Positions 49,287-58,141 of a stretch of 64,000 bases of DNA are shown piece after piece. Within the stretch, counting starts at the first letter, position 1. Each line of letters begins with the position of its first letter. This stretch comes from an uncultured Alphaproteobacteria bacterium (GTDB lineage: Bacteria; Pseudomonadota; Alphaproteobacteria; RF32; CAG-239): contig CAJUAK010000002.1 in NCBI GenBank assembly GCA_910584385.1, positions 34,418 to 98,417 on the forward strand, given 5' to 3'. A program made the translations under genes and the position numbers. The notes under the pieces were generated by a model. That model was not told where the DNA came from, did not search any database, and saw only the letters and a program-made list of their open reading frames with translations.

Positions 49287-49304
49287 TATTCTTTTTTGAA
49301 TATG

Positions 49305-49341
49305 GGGCGGTTGTCCGAGAGCACGGACAGCCGCTTTTTTT
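49305..49341 (+). terminator. Rho-independent terminator (gcggttgtccg...cggacagccgc followed by T7).
   Basis: Hairpin with a T-run after the DUF805 gene. Confidence 0.55.
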
Positions 49342-49459
49342 ATATATAGTCTAGCTTCGTAATTTTCGCTTTGTTAAGCTCAACAACTTCGCTTCGGTCA
49401 AAGACCTTGTAAGCTCGCTGCGGTTGCTGCCGCTTTCCTTGCTTGCAACAAGGTCTATT

Positions 49460-49505
49460 CACCATAATAAAAAAAGACCCGTTGGGGTCTGTTTTTATTA
49501 TGGTG
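49460..49505. repeat. 46-bp perfect palindrome (caccataataaaaaaagaccc gttg gggtctttttttattatggtg type). It works as a bidirectional terminator and may mark an island boundary.
   Basis: The arms were read directly. Base composition drops sharply to the right of this point. Confidence 0.55.
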
Positions 49506-49692
49506 CTCCGAAGTTGACGAATTGTTGAACTCCGTCAGGGATGAAACCATTGATATAAACGGATGGAAATAATGAAAATTTAACGGAGGGCAGACAATGA
49601 CATAACACAATGAAGATGCCTGATATAGAGGCTTTAAACGATTATAACACAAAAATAATTAAAGAAATAACGAAATTTTACGGAGAAAAATA

Positions 49693-49902
49693 ATGAAAAA
49701 CCAAAATACTAAAGTCTTAAATGAAAGAGGAGAAAAAAAGATGTCTAATAAAACTCGGGATTGGTTAACTTGTTGGATTGAAACTGAAACAAATAAGGTT
49801 GATGGTTCAGCCAAAGAGAAAAAGAAAGAAAATATCTCTAAAACAGAAAATTTTATAAGAGATTGGATTGCAAGCGAGACAACTCCATCAGTTTCCAATT
49901 AA
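49693..49902 (+). CDS. Small hypothetical protein with an internal duplication.
   Basis: TRDWLTCWIETETN and IRDWIASETT repeat within 69 aa. Lies in an AT-rich region. Confidence 0.3.
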   Translation: MKNQNTKVLNERGEKKMSNKTRDWLTCWIETETNKVDGSAKEKKKENISKTENFIRDWIASETTPSVSN

Positions 49903-49993
49903 ATTATTTTGAATAATATACTTTAATAAGTGCGATTTTTGCACAAATTAAGCAAGGAATCGCACTTGTTTTGTTATTTTAGTTTTTCTTAAC

Positions 49994-50113
49994 TTTACCG
50001 AGAGGGAAATTTTTTGTTGACATTTTATCATTTAATGGTGTATATTTACCGATAGGGAAATTTTTTATTCAAAAGGTTTTCTTTATAGTTAAAATTTACC
50101 GATGAGGAAATTT
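49994..50113 (+). promoter_or_regulatory. Three direct repeats TTTACCGA-N2-GGGAAATTT spaced about 50 bp apart. Putative operator/promoter of the hipBA-like module.
   Basis: Repeats at 49994, 50045 and 50095. The third overlaps the RBS and start of the HTH gene. Confidence 0.5.
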
Positions 50114-50320
50114 ATGAAAACAAAAGATTTGGCAGATATAATAAGAAAGAAACGCAAAGAGCAAAAACTTACCCAACCACAGTTGGCTGGGTTATGCAAT
50201 GTCGGTGTGCGGTTTATTGTTGATTTGGAATCGGGCAAAGAAACCTGTCAAATTGGCAAAGTGCTATATGTTCTGGATATGCTGGGAATTAAATTAAAAA
50301 TTGACGGAGAAAATCAATGA
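50114..50320 (+). CDS. hipB: Xre-family HTH protein (HipB-like antitoxin).
   Basis: HTH LTQPQLAGLCNVGVRFIVDLESG. Gene overlaps the hipA-like start. Confidence 0.55.
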   Translation: MKTKDLADIIRKKRKEQKLTQPQLAGLCNVGVRFIVDLESGKETCQIGKVLYVLDMLGIKLKIDGENQ

Positions 50321-51519
50321 ATTTGCTTGATGTCTATTTTCATAACAAAAAAATTGGAGTTTTAAAAGAGCATAATTCCAGATTGAGCTTCAAATATTCG
50401 GATGATGCTACAGAAGCGATTGCTCATCAGCTTCCGTTGCAAAAAGAAGCTTTTGGCGATAAAGAAACACGAAGTTTCTTTTCTAATTTATTGCCAGAAG
50501 GTGATGTGGTGAAGAAAATCGCTCAGATAAAACAAGTTTCGCTCAACAATCCATTTGCATTATTAAGAGAATTAGGCGGAGAATGTGCAGGGGCGGTTTC
50601 CCTTTATCCGCAAGATATGACACCGATTTTTGATGATACTTTGGAAGAAGTGTCTGCAGAAGAGTTGGCTACCCTTCTGAACAAGCTTTCTCAAACTCCG
50701 TTATTAACGGGCGCAGGTATTCGCTTATCGCTTGCTGGAGCACAAGAAAAACTAGCTTTAACAATTTTTCCTGATGATGAAAAGTATTATAAACCATCGG
50801 ATAAGTATATTTCTACTTGGATTTTAAAGCCTGAGAATCGGAATTTTCCAGATTTAATCTATAATGAATATTTTTGTATGAAGTTAGCAGGTCTTATGGG
50901 ATTAAATGTTGCTGAATGTAAGATTAGGATGTTTGGTTCAGTAACGGCTTATATGACAAAGCGATTTGACAGGCAGAATACTGTTCAGCGAATCCAGCAG
51001 GAAGATTTTTGCCAAGGTCTGGGGCTATCTAATAAAAAATATCAAAGAACTGAGGGAGGACCAAGCCTTAAGCAATGTTTTCAGTTCATCCATAGTAATC
51101 TGGCGAACAAGGCGAAAGATGAATTGCATTTTCTGAAAAGCATTGTTTTTAACTTTTTAATTGGTAATTCTGATGCTCACGGAAAGAATTTCTCTTATTT
51201 GCATACCGCGAACGGGTATGTTCTTTCTCCTTTGTATGATTTGGTATCTACCCAAGTTTATCCGCAACTAGCCAAAGAAATGTCAATGTCTATCGGTGGC
51301 GAGTATGAACCTGACAGAATTACCAGAACCAATTTTATGGTAATGGCAAAAGAACTTGGTGTGAAATCTCAACTTATTAATGACATTTTGGATAAATTGG
51401 CTGCAGAAATCATTGTGCAGGCAGAAAAACTCAAGGAAATGACGACAACTGAAAAAACTTATAATCCTGTTTATGATAAGGTTATAGAGGTTATTAAAGC
51501 AAGGGTTGCTCAGTTATAA
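50317..51519 (+). CDS. hipA: HipA-family serine/threonine kinase toxin.
   Basis: HipA N-terminal domain plus the catalytic loop GNSDAHGKNFS. Length 400 aa. Confidence 0.7.
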   Translation: MNLLDVYFHNKKIGVLKEHNSRLSFKYSDDATEAIAHQLPLQKEAFGDKETRSFFSNLLPEGDVVKKIAQIKQVSLNNPFALLRELGGECAGAVSLYPQDMTPIFDDTLEEVSAEELATLLNKLSQTPLLTGAGIRLSLAGAQEKLALTIFPDDEKYYKPSDKYISTWILKPENRNFPDLIYNEYFCMKLAGLMGLNVAECKIRMFGSVTAYMTKRFDRQNTVQRIQQEDFCQGLGLSNKKYQRTEGGPSLKQCFQFIHSNLANKAKDELHFLKSIVFNFLIGNSDAHGKNFSYLHTANGYVLSPLYDLVSTQVYPQLAKEMSMSIGGEYEPDRITRTNFMVMAKELGVKSQLINDILDKLAAEIIVQAEKLKEMTTTEKTYNPVYDKVIEVIKARVAQL

Positions 51520-51552
51520 TTCAGTTTTTTATGTAGGGTTGGTAAATTTCTA

Positions 51553-51588
51553 TTTTAGAAAATGCCCAATATTGGGCATTTTCTAAAA
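51553..51588. terminator. 36-bp perfect palindrome (ttttagaaaatgcccaatattgggcattttctaaaa). Likely a bidirectional terminator.
   Basis: Read directly, downstream of hipA. Confidence 0.5.
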
Positions 51589-51836
51589 TGAAATATTCAT
51601 TTTTAACTATTGAGGATTGCCGAATATGTCGTTTCTTTTGCGGAGAAAAACTAGTCTAATCTCCGCATATTTTGCGTAGATTAATGCTTGATATTGTAAT
51701 ACGAATGCTTGTTAATATAGCATAATTAAGAGATTAAATGCAATTCTGTGTAAAATTTTAGCAAAGAACCGCATTTAATTTTCATTTTAGTAGATTTAAG
51801 GGTGGTTTTCCTTGTTAAAATTTTAGTTTTTATGCC

Positions 51837-52589
51837 TCATCTCATAGGGTAAAAAGCTGTAAGTCTGCTGTATTTTTGTGTGATATCTTGTATGTCTGTT
51901 TTGTTTAATTGGTATAGATTTACATACATAAAAGTAATATACAAGCATTGTAGACTTATTGATATTGCAAGAAATTTATCACAATTTGGTATATTCATAC
52001 TTGTTCCATATCTGGGCATCATTACATACGGCGCATAATGCTTATATGCACAGAATCTGTCGTAGCTTTGTTTAATATTGGTTATTTCAGGATGATTACC
52101 ATTATTTGTAAGCCGTTGTACAATATCATTAATATCTTTTGCTTCTGGTCGGTACCATTTATTATAGTAATTTTTAGGGTTTAATAGAACTTCATCAGTT
52201 AATTCCTGTCCCTGTATATTTTTTTTCAATAATCTTTTTAAATTGTTTTTCTTTATAAAATTCAGATTATCATCTTTTTCTTCTGGATGGAGGTGTAGTC
52301 CTTCTAAAAATTCTATTGTTCCAAAATCTGCATATTGGCGAACTCTTTCTTTTGGTTTATCTAACATCCAAGAGAGTAAAATAAGCCCCTCCAACATATG
52401 AGAAGCTAAAATACAAGCATTATAATAATCATTATAAAGGTGCAATACAGATTTCGCGGATGATACCATTTTTTTGTAAAAAGAAACTGTTGCGTGCTGT
52501 ATAGGACTATTCAGCTCAAAATTAATATGTTGAGTACGTTCTATCAGCGAATACAAAATTTTTTTATATTTCTTTACGTTATCATCCAT
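51837..52589 (-). CDS. Hypothetical protein co-transcribed downstream of hsdR. Possible defence accessory gene.
   Basis: Lies 10 bp after the hsdR stop on the same strand. No known domain. Contains an Rx6H segment (RLTNNGNH). Confidence 0.35.
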   Translation of the reverse strand: MDDNVKKYKKILYSLIERTQHINFELNSPIQHATVSFYKKMVSSAKSVLHLYNDYYNACILASHMLEGLILLSWMLDKPKERVRQYADFGTIEFLEGLHLHPEEKDDNLNFIKKNNLKRLLKKNIQGQELTDEVLLNPKNYYNKWYRPEAKDINDIVQRLTNNGNHPEITNIKQSYDRFCAYKHYAPYVMMPRYGTSMNIPNCDKFLAISISLQCLYITFMYVNLYQLNKTDIQDITQKYSRLTAFYPMR

Positions 52590-52598
52590 ATCTATAGT

Positions 52599-55500
52599 TT
52601 ACACCCCGCCAGAGGAAATATCGCGGAAACGATTGAAGAATGCAATAATCTTTTGAATTACGGTTTCTCTCTTTTTTTGCCGTCTTTTTTGTGGGTCTAT
52701 GATTGGGAGTGGAGGTAAAACCTTATTAATTTGTATTCCGTTTTCCTGAACATAACCATTTTTGAAGGCATTATTGACATATTTGTAGGTTTCTTCCTTG
52801 TTTAAATTTTCTTCTTCAATAATTTTATTCAGCTCTGTTATTTTCTGTTCATTAACATATTTTTTCCAATCCTCATCAACATTACTGGTGGGTGTGAGCG
52901 AGTCAATAAAGTTTTCAATGAGGTCTTTTTTGCTGCGTAACTCAATACTGGCATCAACAGATTTCAAAATACTAACTTTAATTTCTTTATCTTCCATATG
53001 ACCTGCGTGATATTTTTTAATCAGCATTAGGATATAATCAATATTAATTTCAACCTGTTTAATCAGTTCAATCTCAAAAACAAGGTCATCATTAACATTG
53101 TCTTTTTCTTTGCCTTGGGGGCGCAGTTCATCATAAATCCTTAAATATTGGCTATGATAATCTTGTACATTCCGTTCGGTTAAAATTTCTTTTCCTGCAA
53201 ATTCATCAAATGAAGATAAAATATTTTTCAATCGCAGGATTGCACCATAGAGTTTAACAAAATCCCGCTTTTCTTTTTCACTGAAAATTAGCTCTCCAGC
53301 GGGATATGTTTCTACCAACTCCTCAATCAGTTCTTTGTAACCTTTAACAGTTTTGCCTTTATCATCGGTATAACCATTATAATATTCGGCAAAAGTTTTG
53401 AGCAATACGATACCACCCGCTTCTTTATCGCCAAACAAAGCAAGGCTCTTATTGGTTGCCTCTTCCAAATTGCGGAAACACACAATATTACCAAAGGCTT
53501 TAACAGCATTCAAAATACGGTTGGTGCGGGAAAATGCCTGCAACAGTCCTTGCATTCTTAAATTTTTATCCACCCACAGGGTATTTAAGGTCGTGGCATC
53601 AAAACCTGTTAAGAACATATTGACCACAATCAGCAGGTCAATTTCTCGGTTTTTCATTCGCATAGATACATCTTTGTAATAATTTTGGAATTTGTCGCTT
53701 GATGTATCGTAAGATGTCCCAAACATTTTATTATAGTCGTCAATGGCACTTTCCAGAAAATCTCTGTCGCTTTTATCCAATTTGCTGGTATCTTCTGGAT
53801 TTTCATCAAATACGCCGTCATCAGAATTATCATCACCATTCATTCCAAAACTAAAAATGGTTGCAACTTTGAGCTTCTGTAAAGGTTTTTCAGCCATTTG
53901 CTTTCTAAATTCTTCATAATAGAGTTTGGCAAACGGAATGGAAGAAACGGCAAAAATGGAATTAAAACCTGTCAGCCGAACTTTTTGTTTTATTTCATCA
54001 ATATCTTTGCGGTTTTTCGCTTGGGCAATATCTGCAATGTTGGTCAAAATATTATAGCTGTAAGACCTGTCGTTTCGCATTGTTTTCTGGTTAAAATGTT
54101 CCAAGATATAAGAAACGATACGAGATATTCTTTCAGGAGCAGCTAGGGCTTTTTCGCGGTTAATATCCCAAACTTTGGAATCTTTAATATTTTCCTGTTC
54201 TTTCATCGTACTGATGTAATCAATACGAAACGGCAAAACATTTTTATCGGCAATTGCATCAACAATTGTATAAGTATGTAATTGCTCACCAAATAACTGG
54301 GCTGTTGTTTTAAGGTCGGATTTGCAACCTGTATGAGCATTTTCGGCAAATATCGGCGTGCCTGTAAAGCCGAACAGATGATATTTTTTAAAGGCTTTGG
54401 TGATAGTCTGGTGCATCTCACCGAATTGGCTTCGGTGGCATTCGTCAAAAATTATCACAAGATGCTGGTTATAGACGGGATGTTCTTTATTTTGTTTGAT
54501 GAAGCAGGTTAATTTCTGAATTGTGGTAATAATGATGCGGGCATTAGGATTTTCAAGCTGTTTTTTCAAAACTGCCGTGCTGGTGTTGCTGTTGGCAGCT
54601 CCTTTTTGAAACTTGTCATATTCTTTCATTGTTTGGTAATCAAGGTCTTTCCTGTCTACCACAAACAAAACCTTGTCTATAATCGCCATATTCTGGGCAA
54701 GCTGTGCCGTTTTGAACGAGGACAGCGTTTTTCCCGAGCCTGTGGTGTGCCAAATATAGCCACCGCCATCTACTGTGCCATATTGTTTATAATTGCTTGC
54801 AATATTGATTTTATTGATAATGCTTTCGGTTGCCACAATCTGATAAGGACGCATTACCATCAGCATTTCATCAGATGTAAAAACGCAATATCTGGTCAAA
54901 ATATTTAGAAGTGTGTGTTTGGCAAAAAAGGTTTTGGCAAAATCAATTAAATCAATAATCGGTTTGTTTTTTCTATCAGCCCACCAAGAGGTAAATTCAA
55001 AACTGTTGCTGGTCTTTTTGCCCTTTTTTGAAGATGTTCCAGCATTTTCGCTGATATGCGATTGACGGGTGGTGTTACTGTAATACTTGGTATATGTGCC
55101 GTTTGAGATAACAAATATCTGCACAAATTCATATAAACCGCTTCCTGCCCAGAAACTATCGTTTTGATAACGGTTGATTTGGTTAAACGCATCTTTAATA
55201 TCAACACCGCGGCGTTTTAATTCTATATGTACCAAAGGCAAGCCATTAACCAAAACGGTGGCATCATAACGATTAGCTCTTGCTCCATCGTCCGTTTCAT
55301 ACTGATTGATAACCTGCAAAGTGTTGTTGTGGATGTTATCCTTATCTATCAGCAGGATATTGCGAAAAAGATAATTATCAACGGGCTTTTCATAATAAAG
55401 AACTTTTTTATAATCTTCTTGGATTATCTTGGTCTTTTCTTTAATACCGAAATTAGGATTGGCAATTTCCTGTTTGAAAAAAGTATCCCACTCTTTGTCT

Positions 55501-55727
55501 GTGAAGTGGTAATCGTTTAATTTTTCCAGTTGGCAGCGTAAGTTATCAATCAGGTCTTTTTCTGAATGAATTGGCAAATAATCGTATGCTTGATTTTGCA
55601 ATTGTTTAATGAACGCTTTTTCAAGGTCCGCCTCGGATTGATATTCGGTTTGCTTGGTTTCTACCGCCTGATATTCGGCAACAACTGTGCTTTCAGGATT
55701 TTCGGCAACGACACTAATTTTGTTCAT
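52599..55727 (-). CDS. hsdR: Type I restriction enzyme R subunit.
   Basis: 1042 aa with the PD-(D/E)xK region, helicase motifs (TGSGKT, DECHRSQ) and a Type I HsdR C-terminal helical domain. Confidence 0.9.
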   Translation of the reverse strand: MNKISVVAENPESTVVAEYQAVETKQTEYQSEADLEKAFIKQLQNQAYDYLPIHSEKDLIDNLRCQLEKLNDYHFTDKEWDTFFKQEIANPNFGIKEKTKIIQEDYKKVLYYEKPVDNYLFRNILLIDKDNIHNNTLQVINQYETDDGARANRYDATVLVNGLPLVHIELKRRGVDIKDAFNQINRYQNDSFWAGSGLYEFVQIFVISNGTYTKYYSNTTRQSHISENAGTSSKKGKKTSNSFEFTSWWADRKNKPIIDLIDFAKTFFAKHTLLNILTRYCVFTSDEMLMVMRPYQIVATESIINKINIASNYKQYGTVDGGGYIWHTTGSGKTLSSFKTAQLAQNMAIIDKVLFVVDRKDLDYQTMKEYDKFQKGAANSNTSTAVLKKQLENPNARIIITTIQKLTCFIKQNKEHPVYNQHLVIIFDECHRSQFGEMHQTITKAFKKYHLFGFTGTPIFAENAHTGCKSDLKTTAQLFGEQLHTYTIVDAIADKNVLPFRIDYISTMKEQENIKDSKVWDINREKALAAPERISRIVSYILEHFNQKTMRNDRSYSYNILTNIADIAQAKNRKDIDEIKQKVRLTGFNSIFAVSSIPFAKLYYEEFRKQMAEKPLQKLKVATIFSFGMNGDDNSDDGVFDENPEDTSKLDKSDRDFLESAIDDYNKMFGTSYDTSSDKFQNYYKDVSMRMKNREIDLLIVVNMFLTGFDATTLNTLWVDKNLRMQGLLQAFSRTNRILNAVKAFGNIVCFRNLEEATNKSLALFGDKEAGGIVLLKTFAEYYNGYTDDKGKTVKGYKELIEELVETYPAGELIFSEKEKRDFVKLYGAILRLKNILSSFDEFAGKEILTERNVQDYHSQYLRIYDELRPQGKEKDNVNDDLVFEIELIKQVEINIDYILMLIKKYHAGHMEDKEIKVSILKSVDASIELRSKKDLIENFIDSLTPTSNVDEDWKKYVNEQKITELNKIIEEENLNKEETYKYVNNAFKNGYVQENGIQINKVLPPLPIIDPQKRRQKKRETVIQKIIAFFNRFRDISSGGV

Positions 55728-56886
55728 TATTATTCTCCTTTTCTGCTTGTAATTCTAAGTAGCAAGCAGTGATAGTCAATAATTTTATTTCATCATATGA
55801 CATTGTTTCTACATCAATATCTACCCATTTTTTAGCGAATTGTTTAGAAAAACTTTGAGCACGCTGTAATCCCCAAATTTTATCTGTATTTATATTTTCA
55901 TTTAAATATGAAAATATTTTTTCTCTATCATAACCAAACGTTTGATAAGTGTTTTTGGGGTAAGCGTATATTATCTCATCTACTATATTTGCTAATTTAT
56001 CATAATCTAAATTGTCAACACTATCACAAATTTGAGGTATCGATGAAATTATAATATTTCTTATTCGTTGTACAGAATTCTTATTCTTACTATTTTCTGA
56101 TTCATATTTTAAAAACTTTATAAAGCACTCTATCTCATAAGTATCACAAAATCTTTCATTAAGAGTATCATAAACTTCTTGCAATATCTGTATGTCTGAT
56201 TGGTTTCTGTTTATTTTCTTTCTTTTCCATTCTTCTTTTTTGTTTTCTATTCTTCTTTCTAACTCATTTTTGACTAATATAAGCTGTTCATATCTGTTTT
56301 TTATAAAAGATTTCAATGAATCATAAGGGACGTACAGTGTTTTTGTTGCAGACTGTTGGTTAGAATAAACAAGGATGCCAATGCAATCTTTTTTTAAATT
56401 ATTAAAATCAGATAAAAGAAATGGCGAATAATGTATTTCGTTTTTTTCTTTTAGAAAGGGAGCTCGGCTAGTATTAAGAGGATGGGCAAATATGAGAGCT
56501 CTTAAATATTCAAAAAATTTAATATCAGTTGGACAGTTATCACCTATTAAATATAATGGCGCGTCTGCACAAACATTCATAAAATGCTTTTTTATTTCTT
56601 TTTGTTCGTCTTTAATTTTAAGTTGTTCCATTGTTTCTTGTACTGCATCTTTTATAATACAAGAATGGAGCATAAAAAGCATAATATCGTTCATATTTTG
56701 AGAAGATGTATTGTATTGGTTTAAAAATTCAACACTATCGTCTACTCTATCCATTACCGCACAGATAAGATTGTAATTGCGCTTCTCTTGTTCATCGCGA
56801 TGGAATATTCTTGATGAATTAACAACTTTCCTTAATTCTTTACAAATATTTCCATCTAAAAAATCCATATTAGGCAGCCTCTTCAA
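55714..56886 (-). CDS. Uncharacterised protein embedded between hsdS and hsdR. Possible HEPN-type abortive-infection protein.
   Basis: Overlaps both neighbouring genes. No NTPase motif. Rx5H motif at EYLRALIFAHP. Confidence 0.35.
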   Translation of the reverse strand: MKRLPNMDFLDGNICKELRKVVNSSRIFHRDEQEKRNYNLICAVMDRVDDSVEFLNQYNTSSQNMNDIMLFMLHSCIIKDAVQETMEQLKIKDEQKEIKKHFMNVCADAPLYLIGDNCPTDIKFFEYLRALIFAHPLNTSRAPFLKEKNEIHYSPFLLSDFNNLKKDCIGILVYSNQQSATKTLYVPYDSLKSFIKNRYEQLILVKNELERRIENKKEEWKRKKINRNQSDIQILQEVYDTLNERFCDTYEIECFIKFLKYESENSKNKNSVQRIRNIIISSIPQICDSVDNLDYDKLANIVDEIIYAYPKNTYQTFGYDREKIFSYLNENINTDKIWGLQRAQSFSKQFAKKWVDIDVETMSYDEIKLLTITACYLELQAEKENNNEQN

Positions 56887-57496
56887 AAGTCAGTAGTTTA
56901 TTTCTGTAATATTCATATTGTTGCCTGCGAGCAGTGAGTTCGGCAGGCAAGCCTTCTGAAATATCATTAACAAGGCTATCAAACTTATCTAAAATTGCAA
57001 CAATTCTTTCCTGTTCTTCTATTGGAGGAAAACCGAATTTAAATTTACTCATTGCAATATCATTTATTCTCATTACCTTTACACCAGTTATACATTTTTT
57101 CTTTTGTTCAAAGAATGCATTTGTTTGAAATAGGTATGACATATATTTAGGATTTTGATTATGATGATAGATAAAAGCATCACCACTAATGCAAATATCC
57201 TCATTGCCTAACCAAGCAACCGCTTTGCCAACATCCTCAACATTTTCACTAGTGGTTGCAATAATTAAATCTCCTGTTCGTGCTTTTTTTAACTTTTCAG
57301 CTAAGTTGTTGGAAACGTAAGATTTTGTTCGTTCTGCAAAAGTACCATAATAGGTATAGATTTGTCCATAATGAATACACCCAACACCTGTATCCGTAAA
57401 ATCCTTCTTTTGCAAACCATTACCTCTGATAAATGTTCCAACCTCTTCAAGTTGCATAAATTTAATTCTGCCCCCCCCCCGTTGTATTTTTATCAA
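56870..57496 (-). CDS. hsdS: Type I restriction specificity subunit, C-terminal half (TRD2 plus distal conserved region). It is out of frame with the N-terminal half at the G10 tract.
   Basis: Ends ARRQQYEYYRNKLLTFEEAA, a duplicate of the central conserved motif. The frame is offset by +1 relative to the upstream half. Confidence 0.8.
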   Translation of the reverse strand: MIKIQRGGGRIKFMQLEEVGTFIRGNGLQKKDFTDTGVGCIHYGQIYTYYGTFAERTKSYVSNNLAEKLKKARTGDLIIATTSENVEDVGKAVAWLGNEDICISGDAFIYHHNQNPKYMSYLFQTNAFFEQKKKCITGVKVMRINDIAMSKFKFGFPPIEEQERIVAILDKFDSLVNDISEGLPAELTARRQQYEYYRNKLLTFEEAA

Positions 57497-58130
57497 AAGT
57501 TAGGAGTTTGTTACGGTAGTATTCATATTGCTTCTTTCTCGCCTCCAGCTCCGCCTCCAGCTCCGCCTCCAGCTCCGCCTCCAGCGAGCTAAAAGCATCC
57601 AGAATCCGCACAACCTCTTCCTGCACAGGAAGAGGAGGGACAGGAATTTTTAGTGATAAAACTGCTTTCATAGAAGGATGTTGGATACCAGCGCCCCGAT
57701 AAAAAGAACTAATAAGTTCAATATTATTTGACATCCAATAATATAAAAACTTATTGCTCAAAACATTTGTATCATTTGATGTAGCAATCCTGTTATCACC
57801 AGTAATAAACTTTCCTTTGTAATATTTGACATTTGGTGTTCCCCCCCAAGGAATTGCTACAATTTCACCATTGCATAAATTATTCCCCGCCAATTCTTCT
57901 GTTGTGTATTTTATTTCACCAATTCCAGTTGATAAAATCCTGACATCTCCATTTTTTACAACAAGAGCGTTTACATCATTTGCCAACAGGTATGGATATT
58001 TAATAACTTTTTTTTGTTTTTCTTTTTCCACACCATTAAACTTCTTATCCCAAGATGTCAGTTCCCATAATTCCTTAAATTGAACCCCATTCGGGCAATA
58101 TTGCTTTATCAAATCATCAATCTTACTCAT
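57462..58130 (-). CDS. hsdS: Type I restriction specificity subunit, N-terminal half (TRD1 plus central conserved region with LEAE repeats). It terminates 2 codons after the G10 tract.
   Basis: Contains VPPLPVQEEVVRILDAF...LEAELEAELEAELEARKKQYEYYRNKLLTF and ends ...TTGGGQN*. Confidence 0.8.
   Translation of the reverse strand: MSKIDDLIKQYCPNGVQFKELWELTSWDKKFNGVEKEKQKKVIKYPYLLANDVNALVVKNGDVRILSTGIGEIKYTTEELAGNNLCNGEIVAIPWGGTPNVKYYKGKFITGDNRIATSNDTNVLSNKFLYYWMSNNIELISSFYRGAGIQHPSMKAVLSLKIPVPPLPVQEEVVRILDAFSSLEAELEAELEAELEARKKQYEYYRNKLLTFDKNTTGGGQN
57471..57480 (-). repeat. Homopolymeric C10 tract (G10 on the coding strand) at the hsdS half-gene junction.
   Basis: Counted directly. Removing one G would fuse the two halves in frame. 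Confidence 0.9.
57541..57588 (-). repeat. 12-bp tandem repeat (gcctccagctcc, about 3.8 copies) encoding (LEAE)n in the hsdS central spacer region.
   Basis: Three perfect copies plus one partial copy read directly. Confidence 0.9.
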
Positions 58131-58141
58131 CTTGTACTTCC

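Noticed and set aside
49340-49460. Search for a tRNA or tmRNA at the island boundary.
   Set aside because: No T-loop (GTTCGA/GTTCNANTC) or acceptor-CCA arrangement is present on either strand. Only a long imperfect hairpin is seen.
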